From IMG/VR virus record IMGVR_UViG_3300037408_000776, positions 1 through 36,313 of that record: 36,313 nt of DNA. The stretch is one strand, 5' to 3'. Positions 18,441 through 28,334 of this stretch are shown here, one piece after another; position 1 is the first letter of the stretch; each line of letters starts with the position of its first letter. Origin of the DNA: a virus (Duplodnaviria > Caudoviricetes). The notes beneath the pieces were generated by a model that saw nothing but the letters and a program-made list of their open reading frames with translations, was not told where the DNA came from and did no database searches. A program made the position numbers and the translations under genes.

Positions 18441-20648
18441 CTAGTAGATCTGCTCGATGGTCAGACCGCCCACCGCCAGCGTGATGATCCGGTTCTCCGG
18501 CGGCACCAGATTGCCGCCCGCATCCAGGAACTCCACCGGCCCCTCGATGGTGATGTTGACGTGTACGAAGCCCACCGACGCCTTCTTCGCGGTATCGTAG
18601 AGCTGGGACAGGTACAGCGGCGTGTTGAAGTCGCGGTCCTTGAGCAGCTCGATCACCGCCGCGCGCACCTTGGCGATCTCCTCCGCGTAGATGTAGGCCG
18701 GACCAATGACCGCCTGGATCTTGATCTGCGCCGGGACCAGCACGGGCGACCCGTCGATGACCTCCACCTGCTGCGTGACTTCCTTGATTCCGTCCAGGTA
18801 CGTCTGCAAGCCGTTGATGAGTCCGACCGAGGGCGCGATGAAGTTCCCGTCCGCATCCCGCGCCAGGATCGGCACCTGCACGTAGTTGCTCAGGCAGTCG
18901 TCCGAAAACAGCTCCCCGATCCGCACCTGCATGGCGTTCAGCACCGGGTCGATGTCGTCCTTGAGCGCCTGGGCCGTTCCGACCAGCGCGTCAGTCTCCG
19001 CCGTCAGGACGGGCAAGATTGCCGCGAGGCTGTCGTGCGCCGCCTGCATGTCCGCCTCGATCTGCGGCAGAGACGTGTCCGGCAAGACCGGCGCGGGGTT
19101 CGTGATGCCGTCCAACAGGGGATTGAGGGCGTTCGAGATCGCGTTTCCAATGGCGTTGTTGGCCGTCTGGACGTCCGAGGTGCCCTGCGTCGCCTTCACC
19201 ACCATGGCCTGCGCCTGCGACACGGCCGAGTTGAGTTCCGCCTCGATGTGGTCGCGGGTCGCGCCCGCGCCCAGGTTGGCCAGCACGTAGACAATCAGGT
19301 CTTCCAGCGCCTGCTTCTGGTCCGTCGCCGTGGTCTTGATGGTGTCCAGCGCGGTCTCCGCCGTAGAGCAGCTCGCCTGCGCCCCCGCCAGCAGGGACTT
19401 CGCCGTCCCGACCTGCCCCTCCTGCTCGACCCGCTTGGCCTCCAACTGCACGATGGCCGCATCCAGATCCGCCAAGAGCGGCCCCATGGCCGTCACCGCC
19501 GCCGCGATGTTCGCCTCCATCGTCGAGGCCACCCCCACGTACACGATGAGGTCGCCGGAGACCTGGACGAACATCTGGTCGAATTCGATGTCCGAGTACG
19601 TGCCGCGCGGGTTGAAGGCGTACGCCTTGGCCACCGCCCCGTACAGCGGGTCCACGAAGCTGTTGGACAGCGCGTTGTAGTCCGGTTCGGTAATGGCCGC
19701 ACCGCGCGCCGCGAACGACAGCGGGGCCAGCTTCTTGGCGTGCTCCACCGTCTCCGGGTTCGATCCCCCGCTCGGGGCCACCGCGTTGTCCACCGTCATC
19801 TTGACCAGCACGCCCCCCACCACCAGCGTGTCGATGCTCGCGTTGATGGTATGCGCCTTCGGCTCGTTCCCCTTCACGCCGTCGATGATGACGAATCGGA
19901 ATTTCACCTCGGCCCCAACCGGCGGGATCGCCCCGGCGATGCCGTCCCCGAAGCGCACCTTGGGCGGCGTCTCCAGGTAGGAGACCTCGAACTGCTCGTC
20001 CGCCTGGTACGTCAGGAACGGCCGCTCCTCCCACTCCATGCCGTCAACCCAGCACTCCACGCTGAGGTCCGCCAGGTAGCGCCCGTCCGGGATGCCCGAC
20101 AGGCTGTAGACCTGGTTCGCCTGGCCGTTGCCCGTGAACGTCAGGATGCGCGAGTCGCCCTGTCGCACCATGAGATCGCGCGTCGCCCCGGGCGCCAATG
20201 CGGCGGGCTCGGACAGTTGCGCGTAGGACTCGTACACCAGGCCGTTTGGCCCCTGGAAACGCCACCGAGCGGGCATCACGAATGGCCCGGTCGTGCCGTC
20301 CGTGAACGTCAGGACCAGCTCCGTCGACGCCGCGCTCGCCGGGCGCAGCTTGTAGCCGAGCTGGCTGACGATCCGGCCCACCGCCGTGTGCGTACGCGCC
20401 GTCTCCAGGAAGCAATCGCTCGCGATGCGGTCCATGTACCATTGGATCTGCGCGGTCGCGTAGGCCATCATCTCGATCAGCATGATGCCCTGGGTCGTCG
20501 TCGCGTAGTCGTTGTAGACCTCCTGGTACAGCAGCTTCAGCCGCCGCAAGAGGTCGTCGAACAGGCTCGGGTAGTCCCGCGCCGCCCACTTCACCGCGTT
20601 CAACGGGGCGCGATCCGCGACTAGCGGGGCATAGGTATCGTCAGCCAT
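18441..20648 (-). CDS. Baseplate J / T4 gp6-like wedge protein with helical insertion
   Basis: Motifs RDY.SL, FLETART, LGYKLRPA.AA, V.FGDG..G.IP, GGS.PET.E, AIT..DY. Start likely MADDTY at 20648, overlapping the gp25 stop. Confidence 0.9.
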   Translation of the reverse strand: MADDTYAPLVADRAPLNAVKWAARDYPSLFDDLLRRLKLLYQEVYNDYATTTQGIMLIEMMAYATAQIQWYMDRIASDCFLETARTHTAVGRIVSQLGYKLRPASAASTELVLTFTDGTTGPFVMPARWRFQGPNGLVYESYAQLSEPAALAPGATRDLMVRQGDSRILTFTGNGQANQVYSLSGIPDGRYLADLSVECWVDGMEWEERPFLTYQADEQFEVSYLETPPKVRFGDGIAGAIPPVGAEVKFRFVIIDGVKGNEPKAHTINASIDTLVVGGVLVKMTVDNAVAPSGGSNPETVEHAKKLAPLSFAARGAAITEPDYNALSNSFVDPLYGAVAKAYAFNPRGTYSDIEFDQMFVQVSGDLIVYVGVASTMEANIAAAVTAMGPLLADLDAAIVQLEAKRVEQEGQVGTAKSLLAGAQASCSTAETALDTIKTTATDQKQALEDLIVYVLANLGAGATRDHIEAELNSAVSQAQAMVVKATQGTSDVQTANNAIGNAISNALNPLLDGITNPAPVLPDTSLPQIEADMQAAHDSLAAILPVLTAETDALVGTAQALKDDIDPVLNAMQVRIGELFSDDCLSNYVQVPILARDADGNFIAPSVGLINGLQTYLDGIKEVTQQVEVIDGSPVLVPAQIKIQAVIGPAYIYAEEIAKVRAAVIELLKDRDFNTPLYLSQLYDTAKKASVGFVHVNITIEGPVEFLDAGGNLVPPENRIITLAVGGLTIEQIY

Positions 20649-21072
20649 TGGTGCTCCCAACCAGCGGCACCTGCACCTGCTGGCTCTGCGGCTGTCCCGC
20701 CACGCGGTACAGCACGTCCACGATGATCGCCGTCGTCACGCCGTCCGACTTGTCGCTAATGCGCGACTGCACCCCGATCACCTCGGCCCGGGGCTCCCAC
20801 GTCTCGATGGCGCGAGTCACCTCGGTGGCGATGCGCGCCTGGAGGAGCGGGGTGAGGTTGTCGAACACCAGCCGGTGCAGGTTGACGCCCAGATCGGTGT
20901 GCATCAGGCGCTCGTTCGATCCGGTCAGCAGGAGCGCCATGATCGACTGGTAGACGGCGCGCTCCGCATTGGCCATCGCCGGGAACCCGGCCTGCCCCAG
21001 TTGGAACGGGAACGCCAACGTGCGCACGATGTCCGCGTCGAGCAGCGGCGGCAGTTGGTTCACATTCGGCAT
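20641..21072 (-). CDS. Baseplate wedge protein, GPW/gp25 family
   Basis: LAFPF, SI..LL.T...ER.M..D.G..L..LVFD and AIETWEPR signatures. Confidence 0.92.
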   Translation of the reverse strand: MPNVNQLPPLLDADIVRTLAFPFQLGQAGFPAMANAERAVYQSIMALLLTGSNERLMHTDLGVNLHRLVFDNLTPLLQARIATEVTRAIETWEPRAEVIGVQSRISDKSDGVTTAIIVDVLYRVAGQPQSQQVQVPLVGSTNG

Positions 21073-21099
21073 GGTCGCATCCTATCACATTCATTCGAG

Positions 21100-21115
21100 G
21101 CGAACCCAGGTTCGC
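21100..21115. repeat. Dispersed palindrome copy 3 (GCGAACCCAGGTTCGC)
   Basis: 3 nt after the TGA of the Pro-rich ORF. Confidence 0.9.
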
Positions 21116-21118
21116 GTA

Positions 21119-21481
21119 TCAGTCCAGGGGACATCCGGGCAAAGCCGGAATCGCGGGCAGCGCGGGCAGCGCAGGCAGCGCAAACGGTAAACCTGGAACG
21201 GGCACGGCCAGCGCCAACGTCGGCGGCGTCGGCGGGCTCGGGATCGGTGGCGGGCTCGGGATCGCAGGCAGCGTCGGGATCGCGGGCAACGCAAACGGCG
21301 GGCTCGGGATCGGGATGGCCAGCGAGATCGTCGGCGGCGTCGGCGGCGTCGGCAGTCCCGGAATCGCCGGGATCGACGGCAGCGCGGGCAGCGTTGGGAT
21401 CGCCGGGATCGCAAAGGGCGGACTCGGGATCGGAATGGCCAGCGCCAGCGTCGGCGGAGTCGGGATCTTGCATTTTGACAT
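21119..21481 (-). CDS. Proline-rich triple-repeat protein (120 aa)
   Basis: Three copies of PTPPT(L/I).LA(I/V)P(I/V)P..PFA(I/L)PA(I/L)P; a Cys near each end; CCG/GCG/ATC codon usage matches neighbours; fits between spike and gp25 without overlap. Confidence 0.65.
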   Translation of the reverse strand: MSKCKIPTPPTLALAIPIPSPPFAIPAIPTLPALPSIPAIPGLPTPPTPPTISLAIPIPSPPFALPAIPTLPAIPSPPPIPSPPTPPTLALAVPVPGLPFALPALPALPAIPALPGCPLD

Positions 21482-21506
21482 CCTTGCTCATCCTAACTAT
21501 GCGCTT

Positions 21507-22472
21507 TCATTTGATAAAAACGACCTCACTCAACTCCTTGTACAGCATCGGGGGCGGCAGCGGGCCAGGCCCCGTGGGCGATCCGGGCGCCGCGCTCACG
21601 TGCTGGTGCGCGATGGCCCACGCCATGAGCTTCATGCCGCGCACGGCCGGTTCGCTCGCCCCCTTGCCCAGCATCACCGTCCCCGCGTTGGCCACGAACT
21701 GCTTGCTCGCGTCCGCGATCACGTTGTCCCCCGTGACCGTCACGTTCTTGCCGTCGATGCCGATGGCCCCGCCGCTCTTGGTGGCCAGCGTGATCTTGTC
21801 GTCCCCCAGCATCAGCATCGCCGTGACCTCGCCCTTGTCGTTGGCCGTCATGAGGCTGGTTTCCGGCGTGGTCACGTTCATGTACAGCATGCTGCCCAGC
21901 TCGTTCGTCAGCAGGACCGACCCGTCCTTGTCGATGGTGAGGAAGGCCGGGGTCGGTGCCCCAGCGCCGTCCCCCTTGCCCAGGATCAGGTGCAGATCCT
22001 CGGGATCGTCGGACATGCGCAGGTAGTGTCCCGTGCGCGTGCGGATGCCCTTGCGCAGCGCGTTCTCCGCATCGAACGTGTCGCTGACCTTGTCCGCCGC
22101 CATGTAGCCCCCCATGTAGACCGGGAACTCGGGGTCGCCATGCTGGAACATCAGCCACACCTGGCCATTCACATCCGGCGGGTGAAACACCCCGCTCGCC
22201 TGCTTCGTCTCGGGGTCGACGCTCAGGCCCGGCATGCAGGGCAGCGCCCACCAACTCGGCCCGATCTGGTCCGCCGTATTCAATCCCACCGCAGGGCACA
22301 GCGCCTGAATCCTGCCGCGATTCTCGGGGTCGGCGTTGCTCACCACCACCCCGGGGTACAGGCCGTAGAATCGCCGCGCAAAGCCCTCCAGGCCGATCCG
22401 CGCCAGGGTGTCCCGTAACCACCCAATCGGGTCGGTCGCCAGCCGCAAAGCGTCGCCACGGTTTCCGAACAT
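21507..22472 (-). CDS. Baseplate central spike (gpV/gp5-like OB-fold protein)
   Basis: YG.YPGVV..N.DPE.RGRI, WA.P, P.V...VW..F..GDP.FPVY.GG OB-fold motifs; beta-strand repeats; C-terminal HQH resembling the HxH metal-binding apex of P2 gpV-type spikes. Confidence 0.88.
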   Translation of the reverse strand: MFGNRGDALRLATDPIGWLRDTLARIGLEGFARRFYGLYPGVVVSNADPENRGRIQALCPAVGLNTADQIGPSWWALPCMPGLSVDPETKQASGVFHPPDVNGQVWLMFQHGDPEFPVYMGGYMAADKVSDTFDAENALRKGIRTRTGHYLRMSDDPEDLHLILGKGDGAGAPTPAFLTIDKDGSVLLTNELGSMLYMNVTTPETSLMTANDKGEVTAMLMLGDDKITLATKSGGAIGIDGKNVTVTGDNVIADASKQFVANAGTVMLGKGASEPAVRGMKLMAWAIAHQHVSAAPGSPTGPGPLPPPMLYKELSEVVFIK

Positions 22473-23843
22473 CTACTTCTCCGGCATCGCGCCCACGGGC
22501 GTTTGGATCTTCTCGCCAGCCTTGAGCCCCGTTCCGTCCCCCTGGCGACGACACGTCAGCGTCATCTCGTACTTCGCCGGTCCCCACGTATGGGTCGCCT
22601 TGTCCACCAAGTACGGCCCATCGTAGATCTCCCCGCACCCGCCCAAGTTCACCAGCTCCGACGGGATGACCCAGGGCAGGCCCAGCGACGTGATGACCCC
22701 CACCTGCGACGGGCTCCCAGCGTCCCGCTCGGCCTCCGCCGCCAGTTGCGCTCGCGCGGTCCCCGCCGTCCCCTCCGGCACCGGCCCGCTCGTCACCACC
22801 GCCTCTTTCCCATCCGCCTTCTTCGCGTCCCCAATGACGTCCTTGCCCGCCGCGTCCGTCGATTTGAGATCCTCGGGACCAGGCGTCGCCACAACCCCCA
22901 CCGTCGCCACCTTGCGATCCGCCGCCTTCGCCACCACGGACTCGATCAGCCCCGTCTTGCTGTTGACGAAGACCTTCTCCACGCCCTTGCCCGCCTGCCC
23001 CGTATGGGTCGCGAGCCACGACGCAAAACCCGACCCCTCCGGCGCCCAAGACAGGCATGGGAAGGTCGAGGTGTTCAGGTCCACCACCCCGCGCATGCGG
23101 AACGTCGGTCGCACCCCGATCCCGCCCGCCTCGCCCGCCGGTTTTAGCTGGCTCAGGATGCCCTTGCTCAGCTCCTCCTCGGTGCCCAGGTACAGGATGC
23201 GCACGCCGCCCCCGGGCGTAGACGGATTCGGTCCGATCCACGTCCGCAGGTTCAGCATCGTGCAGATCTTATTCGCCGCCTCCCAGGCCGTCATCCCGGC
23301 AAATGCCTCCGGCTTCCACGCCGCCTCGGTGGACCCTGTCCCCGACGCCGCCAGGAACTGCTTCAGGATCGTGATGGACCCAATGGACGGGCTGAACTCG
23401 ACCCCGAGCGCCTTCGCGCACTGCACGAACATGTTGTAGGGGTCCGTGACCTTCACGGTCTCCTGCGACACCGTGTAGCCGCCCCCGTCCGACACCACCT
23501 GCACCGTGACCGTCCCGGTCAGCCCGTTCGGGTCGATGGTGAGCCCATCGCCTCCGGCAGCCAGGAACCCCTCGAACCACTCCGTCCACCAGTCCGGCTG
23601 GTTCGCGTAGCCAATCCGCGCCTTGACCTGGGTGCCCATCGTGAACGGCGAGTCCTTGATCAGCAGCGTCTCAATGGCCTTGTCGTAGGGAACGTCGAAC
23701 GTGATCTGGAGGGACGCCTTGCGCGCGAACTCGAAGGCCATGGTCACTCCCGTCACGAAGGGGTAGTCCGGCGCGTTGAAGTACCAGACCTTGCCGGTCT
23801 CCGGGTTCGAGAAGATCACCTGTGCCACCGGGTCGGTGAACAT
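22473..23843 (-). CDS. Baseplate hub protein (gpD/gp27-like)
   Basis: Position between the gp53/LysM-like gene and the spike; RIGY, G.P...P..LV.L.G.G..YDG.Y.V....H C-terminal pattern. Confidence 0.75.
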   Translation of the reverse strand: MFTDPVAQVIFSNPETGKVWYFNAPDYPFVTGVTMAFEFARKASLQITFDVPYDKAIETLLIKDSPFTMGTQVKARIGYANQPDWWTEWFEGFLAAGGDGLTIDPNGLTGTVTVQVVSDGGGYTVSQETVKVTDPYNMFVQCAKALGVEFSPSIGSITILKQFLAASGTGSTEAAWKPEAFAGMTAWEAANKICTMLNLRTWIGPNPSTPGGGVRILYLGTEEELSKGILSQLKPAGEAGGIGVRPTFRMRGVVDLNTSTFPCLSWAPEGSGFASWLATHTGQAGKGVEKVFVNSKTGLIESVVAKAADRKVATVGVVATPGPEDLKSTDAAGKDVIGDAKKADGKEAVVTSGPVPEGTAGTARAQLAAEAERDAGSPSQVGVITSLGLPWVIPSELVNLGGCGEIYDGPYLVDKATHTWGPAKYEMTLTCRRQGDGTGLKAGEKIQTPVGAMPEK

Positions 23844-23846
23844 CCG

Positions 23847-24212
23847 CTACCTCCCCTGCCGCAGCAACACGCGCTCCACCCAGGCCCGCGTCGGAACCTT
23901 CAGCCGCCGCCCCGGATACAGCTCCACGTCCGGCAGGTCCATGTTGTTGCGCGCCGCGATGACCCAGCCCATCTCCTCGTTGCCGTAGAACCGCTTGGCC
24001 AGGATGTCGATGCGCATCCAGGCTTCGTCCACCACGTACTCCACCTCGTTGTCGGTCACGCCCTCCCAGTTGGGCATCTCAAACGGGCGGCGGAAGCGCA
24101 CGGGCGCCCCGCTCTCCAGGTCCCAGATGACCTCCTCGGCCATGAACCGCATGGGCGATCCCGAGGTCGCCGTGAGGACTCGCTTCGGGATGGTCGGGGT
24201 CGGTGCTGGCAT
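23847..24212 (-). CDS. Baseplate wedge gp53/tail-X/LysM-like protein
   Basis: RIDILAKRFYGNEEMGWVIAARNN...LYPGRRLKVP. Confidence 0.82.
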   Translation of the reverse strand: MPAPTPTIPKRVLTATSGSPMRFMAEEVIWDLESGAPVRFRRPFEMPNWEGVTDNEVEYVVDEAWMRIDILAKRFYGNEEMGWVIAARNNMDLPDVELYPGRRLKVPTRAWVERVLLRQGR

Positions 24213-24215
24213 CGC

Positions 24216-27200
24216 TTAACTCCCTAGCGTGTAGGTGGCGGTCGGCGCCTTGCCCTTGGCCACGAGGTCGCTCTCCGCGATCACCTGCGTGAACCCTCGG
24301 ATCTTGTCCAGGATCTGCCGCTGCTTCGCGCTCTCGTTGATGATCGCCATGGTCACCCCGGCCAATCCCGGGATGTTCAGCATGGCCTTCATGGTGCTCT
24401 TCACGTCCTCGGTCTTGTCGTCCACCGTGATCGTGTTCTCGATCACCCCGCCGAAGTCGCGCACCATCATGCTGGCCACGTCCTGCAACAGGCTCTTCTT
24501 CTTGGCGATCTCCTCCATCTTCGACTTGTAGGTATCGAAGGTGGCGATCACCGACTCGTCCAGCACGCGCGCCACGGTGTCGGCCACGATCATGGCCCCG
24601 CCGTCGATGCCCTCCGCGAACGACTCCATCAGCGTGCGCCCCGCAATCCACGCCGGATCGCCCTCGCCCCCATTGCCAACGCCCATGAGGGGGCCGTCGA
24701 TGATCGGCGAGTGCGCGGTCAGCGCGTCCGCCGCCTCCGACGCCGCCCCAAACACCGAGTCCTGTAGCAACTTGTTCGCCTCGGGATCCCGGACGCCGAT
24801 GGCGAAGTCCTCGACCACCGCCATGCCCGCTGCCCCGGCCCCCAGCGCCGCGTCACCCAGCGCGTTGGTGATCGTCGCCGCGTTCTCCGCCGTGAACGCC
24901 TGCACCTGCGCCTTGGCATCCGCGAGGCGCTTCTGCTGCTCGGCGGCCATGGCCTCGAATCGCGCGGTGTCCGCCTGCTGCTTCACCAGGACGTCCATGG
25001 CCTGCTGGATACCGCTGAGGCCCTCTCCGCCGACGCCCGCCTTCTTGGCCACCGTCGTCCCCGCCGTCTTAGCCGCCGCCAACGCCTGCTCCGCCTGGGC
25101 CAGGCGCTTCTGCGCGTCCAAATCGACCCCGCTGCCCGCCAGGCTCTTGTCCGCCTGGATCGCCCGCAACGACGCCTGCGCCTTGCCGTACTCCATCGCC
25201 GCTGCGGAGACATCTGCCGCCGTCTTCTGCCACTGGCCCGCCCGCCACGCCTGCTCCTGCGCGACCTGCTTCTTGCTCTTGCCCTCGGCTTCCACTCCGA
25301 TCCCGGCCAGGCTCACCTCGGCCAGCCCCATGACCTTGCTCCGGCGTTCCTTGTTGATCCGCAACTGGTCATCGAGCGCCTTCTGCTCCGCCTGGACCCG
25401 CAGCTCCAAGTCCTTCTTCTGCCCGACCAGATCCTCGGCCCGGAGCTTGGCCATCTGCTTGGCGTGCTCCTCCGGGTTGCGCATCTGGTACACGACATCG
25501 CTTATGAAGCCCCCGATCTTCTGCGTGTACTCGCCCACCTTGTAGACGACGCCCCGCAGGCCGTCGATGACCGCCTTCAGCAGTTCGTAGAAGTAGTCCG
25601 CCATGTTCTTGGCGGTCTCCTTCGGGTTGAACAGCCCCTGCACGAAGCCGATCACCGAGTCCTTGACCCCCGTGATCATCGACTGGAACTTGAGCGCGAA
25701 CTCCGCCACCAACGTCGACCACTTGCCCACCCACGCCGTGCTGTCCACCGTCAGCATGCTGTTGAGCGCGTTCTCCGCGAACTGCCGCATGGTCGTGCTT
25801 ACGAAGGTCGCGGCATTGATCGCCCCCTCCTGGAAGAAGGCGCGCACCTTGTTGCCCAGGTTCGCCCCGAAGTCCGCCGTGTTCAGCAGGCTGATCGCCG
25901 AGTTGATCCACTCCCCCACCTTGGAGAACAGCTCGCGCACCCCGTCCTGCGCGGCCCACCACGTCCGCTGGAACCACATCCGCGTGTCCAGCTCGAACTG
26001 CGCGAACTTGGGATTCTCCTGGAGGCGCTGCCACCACGCGCCCAGGTTCTTCTCCATCTTCTCGAACGCGGGCGCCACGTCGTCCCACTTCCATTCCTTC
26101 CACCAGGCCGACAGCCCCTGCACGACGCGCTGCCCCATCTCCTTGGCCGTCAGGAGGAGCCCGCCCGCCGCCGCCAGGATCGCCCGCCCCAGGTTGCCCA
26201 GGAGCACCGCTGCGGCATTGCCCATCTCCGACTGCGACTCAGCTCCCGTGGCCCAGGCAACGATTGCCCGGGGAACGGCCATGATGGCCTCCACCGCAAA
26301 ATCGCCCAGCTTCTGTCCGACCGTCTCCCAGTCGATGTTCTCCAGGAGGTCAGCGAATTTACCAGCCGCGCCGCCCACCCACTTCACCATCTTGGACAGC
26401 ACCGTCGACAGCTTCGTGCCCGACTTGGACAACCAGTCGAACGCCATGGCCACGCCACCAATAGCGATACCCCAGGCCCCCAACTTTCCGATGGGGCTCT
26501 TCAGGATCTTACCGAACACCTTGAGCATCGGCCCGGCCACGATCACCAGCTCCGAGAAGATGCTGATTACCGGCCCCATGGACTTCGCCACCGAGTCAAA
26601 GGCCCCGCCCACGGCATCGATCATGGCCGATGATTTGGCCATCGCCTTGTTCGACCCGCCGTCCATCTTGATGAACAGGCCCTTGGCCCCGAGCTGCTGC
26701 ATGGCGGACAGCCGCTTCACAATCGGCCCCCAGGTCTTATCGTCGGCCAGCGCAATCGTCTCGTCCCCGACCTGCTTGTACGCCCTTCCCAGGTCGCCTA
26801 CGAAGTTCCGCACGTCCTTGCGCGCGATGCTGCGCAGCCGCGTCTCGAACCCCTGCTTCATGAGGTCCAGGCTCTCCTGCAAGGTGCGGCCACTGCTGAA
26901 CGCCTGGTCCCCATACTTCTTCAGCGTATCCTTGCCCGTCACCGTGATGTCGGACATGTCCTGGAGCGCTTTGGCCGCCTTCTCACCACCCGAAGCCAGG
27001 TAGCCAAGACCCTTCACGCTCTCGCCCATGGTCTCGCTCAACCCGGACAGCATGGCCTGCTGCTGCGCCCCGCTCACGTTGTACTTGGTGAACGCGGCCT
27101 GCATCGCCTGGACGCCCTTTACAGTGTCTCGCGACCCCGCATCGACGATGCTGCGCGCCTCCTCGAAGCCGATGCCCAGCCCGGTCAGGTACTTGATCAG

Positions 27201-28085
27201 CGGCGACGCCTCGGCGATCCCCTCCGCTCCCATGCCGGTCTTCATCAGGCGCTCGACCTGCGTGGACTGCTCCGCGAACATCTTCGCGGTGTCCGCGCCC
27301 ATCTTCATCGCCTCTTCCTGGCTCGCGCCCTGCGCTGCAAACGCTCCGGCCAGCCGCACCGAACTCTCCATCAGCGCCGTGATCTCGTCTCCGGTCCGCT
27401 GCATGCCCGGCGGCATCTTCTCAAACGTATCATCAAGGGCTTGGAGGTTTTCCTTCATGCCCTTGATCGGAGCCATACCCATGCCGGTCTTCTTGCCCAG
27501 CTCCGTCATCGAGTTCAGGAACGTGGCCACCTTCTTGGGCGCCATGCCCCACGACCCAGTCAGGTCCGTGATTGAACTATTCAAATCCTCAACCGACACG
27601 CCCGTGGTCTCTGTGAACTTCACGAAGTCCTTCTCGGTCATGCCCAGCGCTTTAGCCGTCTCCTTGGCCGCTGGAGTCATGCGGTTGAACTCGGTGAAGA
27701 CTTTGGCCACGGACTCGGCTCCCACGTTCATGCCGATGGCCATGCCCGAGATCCGGCCCGTCATCTTGCGCGCAGCGTCCGCGCTCAGGTTCATCGCCGC
27801 CACGAACGGCTTGGCCGCCTTCGCGTTGGCCACACCCATGGCCTCTAGGGAGTTGGTGAGGTTGCCGGTGTCCCCGGCCATATCGCGCACGGACTGGGCG
27901 ATGCTGCCCAGGTTAAACTGCTTGAGCCCCTCGAAAAACCCCGGGATCTTAGACTTGGAGGCGATCTTGGACTGCTTCTCTAGGCCGTCATTTAGGTTGT
28001 TCAGCCCGGTCTGCGCCGAGTCCATGGCGGCCTTCATGCCGACATCTCGCGCGCCCATGCCCCAGGTGATCCCTAGCAGGTTCAT
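24216..28085 (-). CDS. Tail tape measure protein (1289 aa)
   Basis: Long Ala/Gly/Met-rich helical protein with central hydrophobic segments, periodic Trp and an HSP..DGPL motif; directly after the frameshifting chaperone; RBS GGAGGT. Confidence 0.9.
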   Translation of the reverse strand: MNLLGITWGMGARDVGMKAAMDSAQTGLNNLNDGLEKQSKIASKSKIPGFFEGLKQFNLGSIAQSVRDMAGDTGNLTNSLEAMGVANAKAAKPFVAAMNLSADAARKMTGRISGMAIGMNVGAESVAKVFTEFNRMTPAAKETAKALGMTEKDFVKFTETTGVSVEDLNSSITDLTGSWGMAPKKVATFLNSMTELGKKTGMGMAPIKGMKENLQALDDTFEKMPPGMQRTGDEITALMESSVRLAGAFAAQGASQEEAMKMGADTAKMFAEQSTQVERLMKTGMGAEGIAEASPLIKYLTGLGIGFEEARSIVDAGSRDTVKGVQAMQAAFTKYNVSGAQQQAMLSGLSETMGESVKGLGYLASGGEKAAKALQDMSDITVTGKDTLKKYGDQAFSSGRTLQESLDLMKQGFETRLRSIARKDVRNFVGDLGRAYKQVGDETIALADDKTWGPIVKRLSAMQQLGAKGLFIKMDGGSNKAMAKSSAMIDAVGGAFDSVAKSMGPVISIFSELVIVAGPMLKVFGKILKSPIGKLGAWGIAIGGVAMAFDWLSKSGTKLSTVLSKMVKWVGGAAGKFADLLENIDWETVGQKLGDFAVEAIMAVPRAIVAWATGAESQSEMGNAAAVLLGNLGRAILAAAGGLLLTAKEMGQRVVQGLSAWWKEWKWDDVAPAFEKMEKNLGAWWQRLQENPKFAQFELDTRMWFQRTWWAAQDGVRELFSKVGEWINSAISLLNTADFGANLGNKVRAFFQEGAINAATFVSTTMRQFAENALNSMLTVDSTAWVGKWSTLVAEFALKFQSMITGVKDSVIGFVQGLFNPKETAKNMADYFYELLKAVIDGLRGVVYKVGEYTQKIGGFISDVVYQMRNPEEHAKQMAKLRAEDLVGQKKDLELRVQAEQKALDDQLRINKERRSKVMGLAEVSLAGIGVEAEGKSKKQVAQEQAWRAGQWQKTAADVSAAAMEYGKAQASLRAIQADKSLAGSGVDLDAQKRLAQAEQALAAAKTAGTTVAKKAGVGGEGLSGIQQAMDVLVKQQADTARFEAMAAEQQKRLADAKAQVQAFTAENAATITNALGDAALGAGAAGMAVVEDFAIGVRDPEANKLLQDSVFGAASEAADALTAHSPIIDGPLMGVGNGGEGDPAWIAGRTLMESFAEGIDGGAMIVADTVARVLDESVIATFDTYKSKMEEIAKKKSLLQDVASMMVRDFGGVIENTITVDDKTEDVKSTMKAMLNIPGLAGVTMAIINESAKQRQILDKIRGFTQVIAESDLVAKGKAPTATYTLGS

Positions 28086-28096
28086 GCGACCTCCAC

Positions 28097-28112
28097 GCGA
28101 ACCCGGGTTCGC
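28097..28112. repeat. Dispersed palindrome copy 4 (perfect 20-bp ACGCGAACCCGGGTTCGCGT at 28095-28114)
   Basis: Between the TAG of the chaperone extension and the tape-measure RBS. Confidence 0.9.
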
Positions 28113-28115
28113 GTC

Positions 28116-28334
28116 CTACCGTCTGCCTCGCGTGCGCGACCGCATGCGAGCGCGGGCGGCGGCCTGTTCCTCGCTGGCGCGGCGGCTGGTCTCCAGCGTC
28201 TGCTTCTGCTCCACGAACCGCCGTCGGCGGCTGTAGGGCATCGACATCACGCTGCCATAGGTGCCGCCCTGTAACTCCATCAGGAAGAAGACCTCCGCCT
28301 CTAGCGCCTCTACGAGGCCGATGGGAAGAAAAAA
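28116..28334 (-). CDS. -1 frameshift extension of the tail assembly chaperone (gpGT / gp51-like segment)
   Basis: Reads FLPIGLVEALEAEVFFLMELQGGTYGSVMSMPYSRRRRFVE in the -1 frame; no convincing start or RBS of its own. Confidence 0.75.
   Translation of the reverse strand, partial: FFLPIGLVEALEAEVFFLMELQGGTYGSVMSMPYSRRRRFVEQKQTLETSRRASEEQAAARARMRSRTRGRR

Noticed and set aside
21060-21491. Asp/Ala-rich 143-aa alternative frame over the Pro-rich gene
   Set aside because: Runs through the palindrome and overlaps the gp25 start; the Pro-rich frame stops just before the palindrome, as with other copies.
25854-25868. Partial match CCCAGGTTCGCCCCG to palindrome copy 5 inside the tape-measure gene
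   Set aside because: Only one arm is present; explainable by coding sequence in GC-rich DNA.
4267-28236. Long plus-strand ORFs (e.g. 4267..6579, 10180..11682, 11717..13717, 18075..20624, 25603..27003, 27028..28236)
   Set aside because: Antisense shadows of GC3-rich minus-strand genes; Arg/His-rich or mirror-image composition, no RBS, no motifs.
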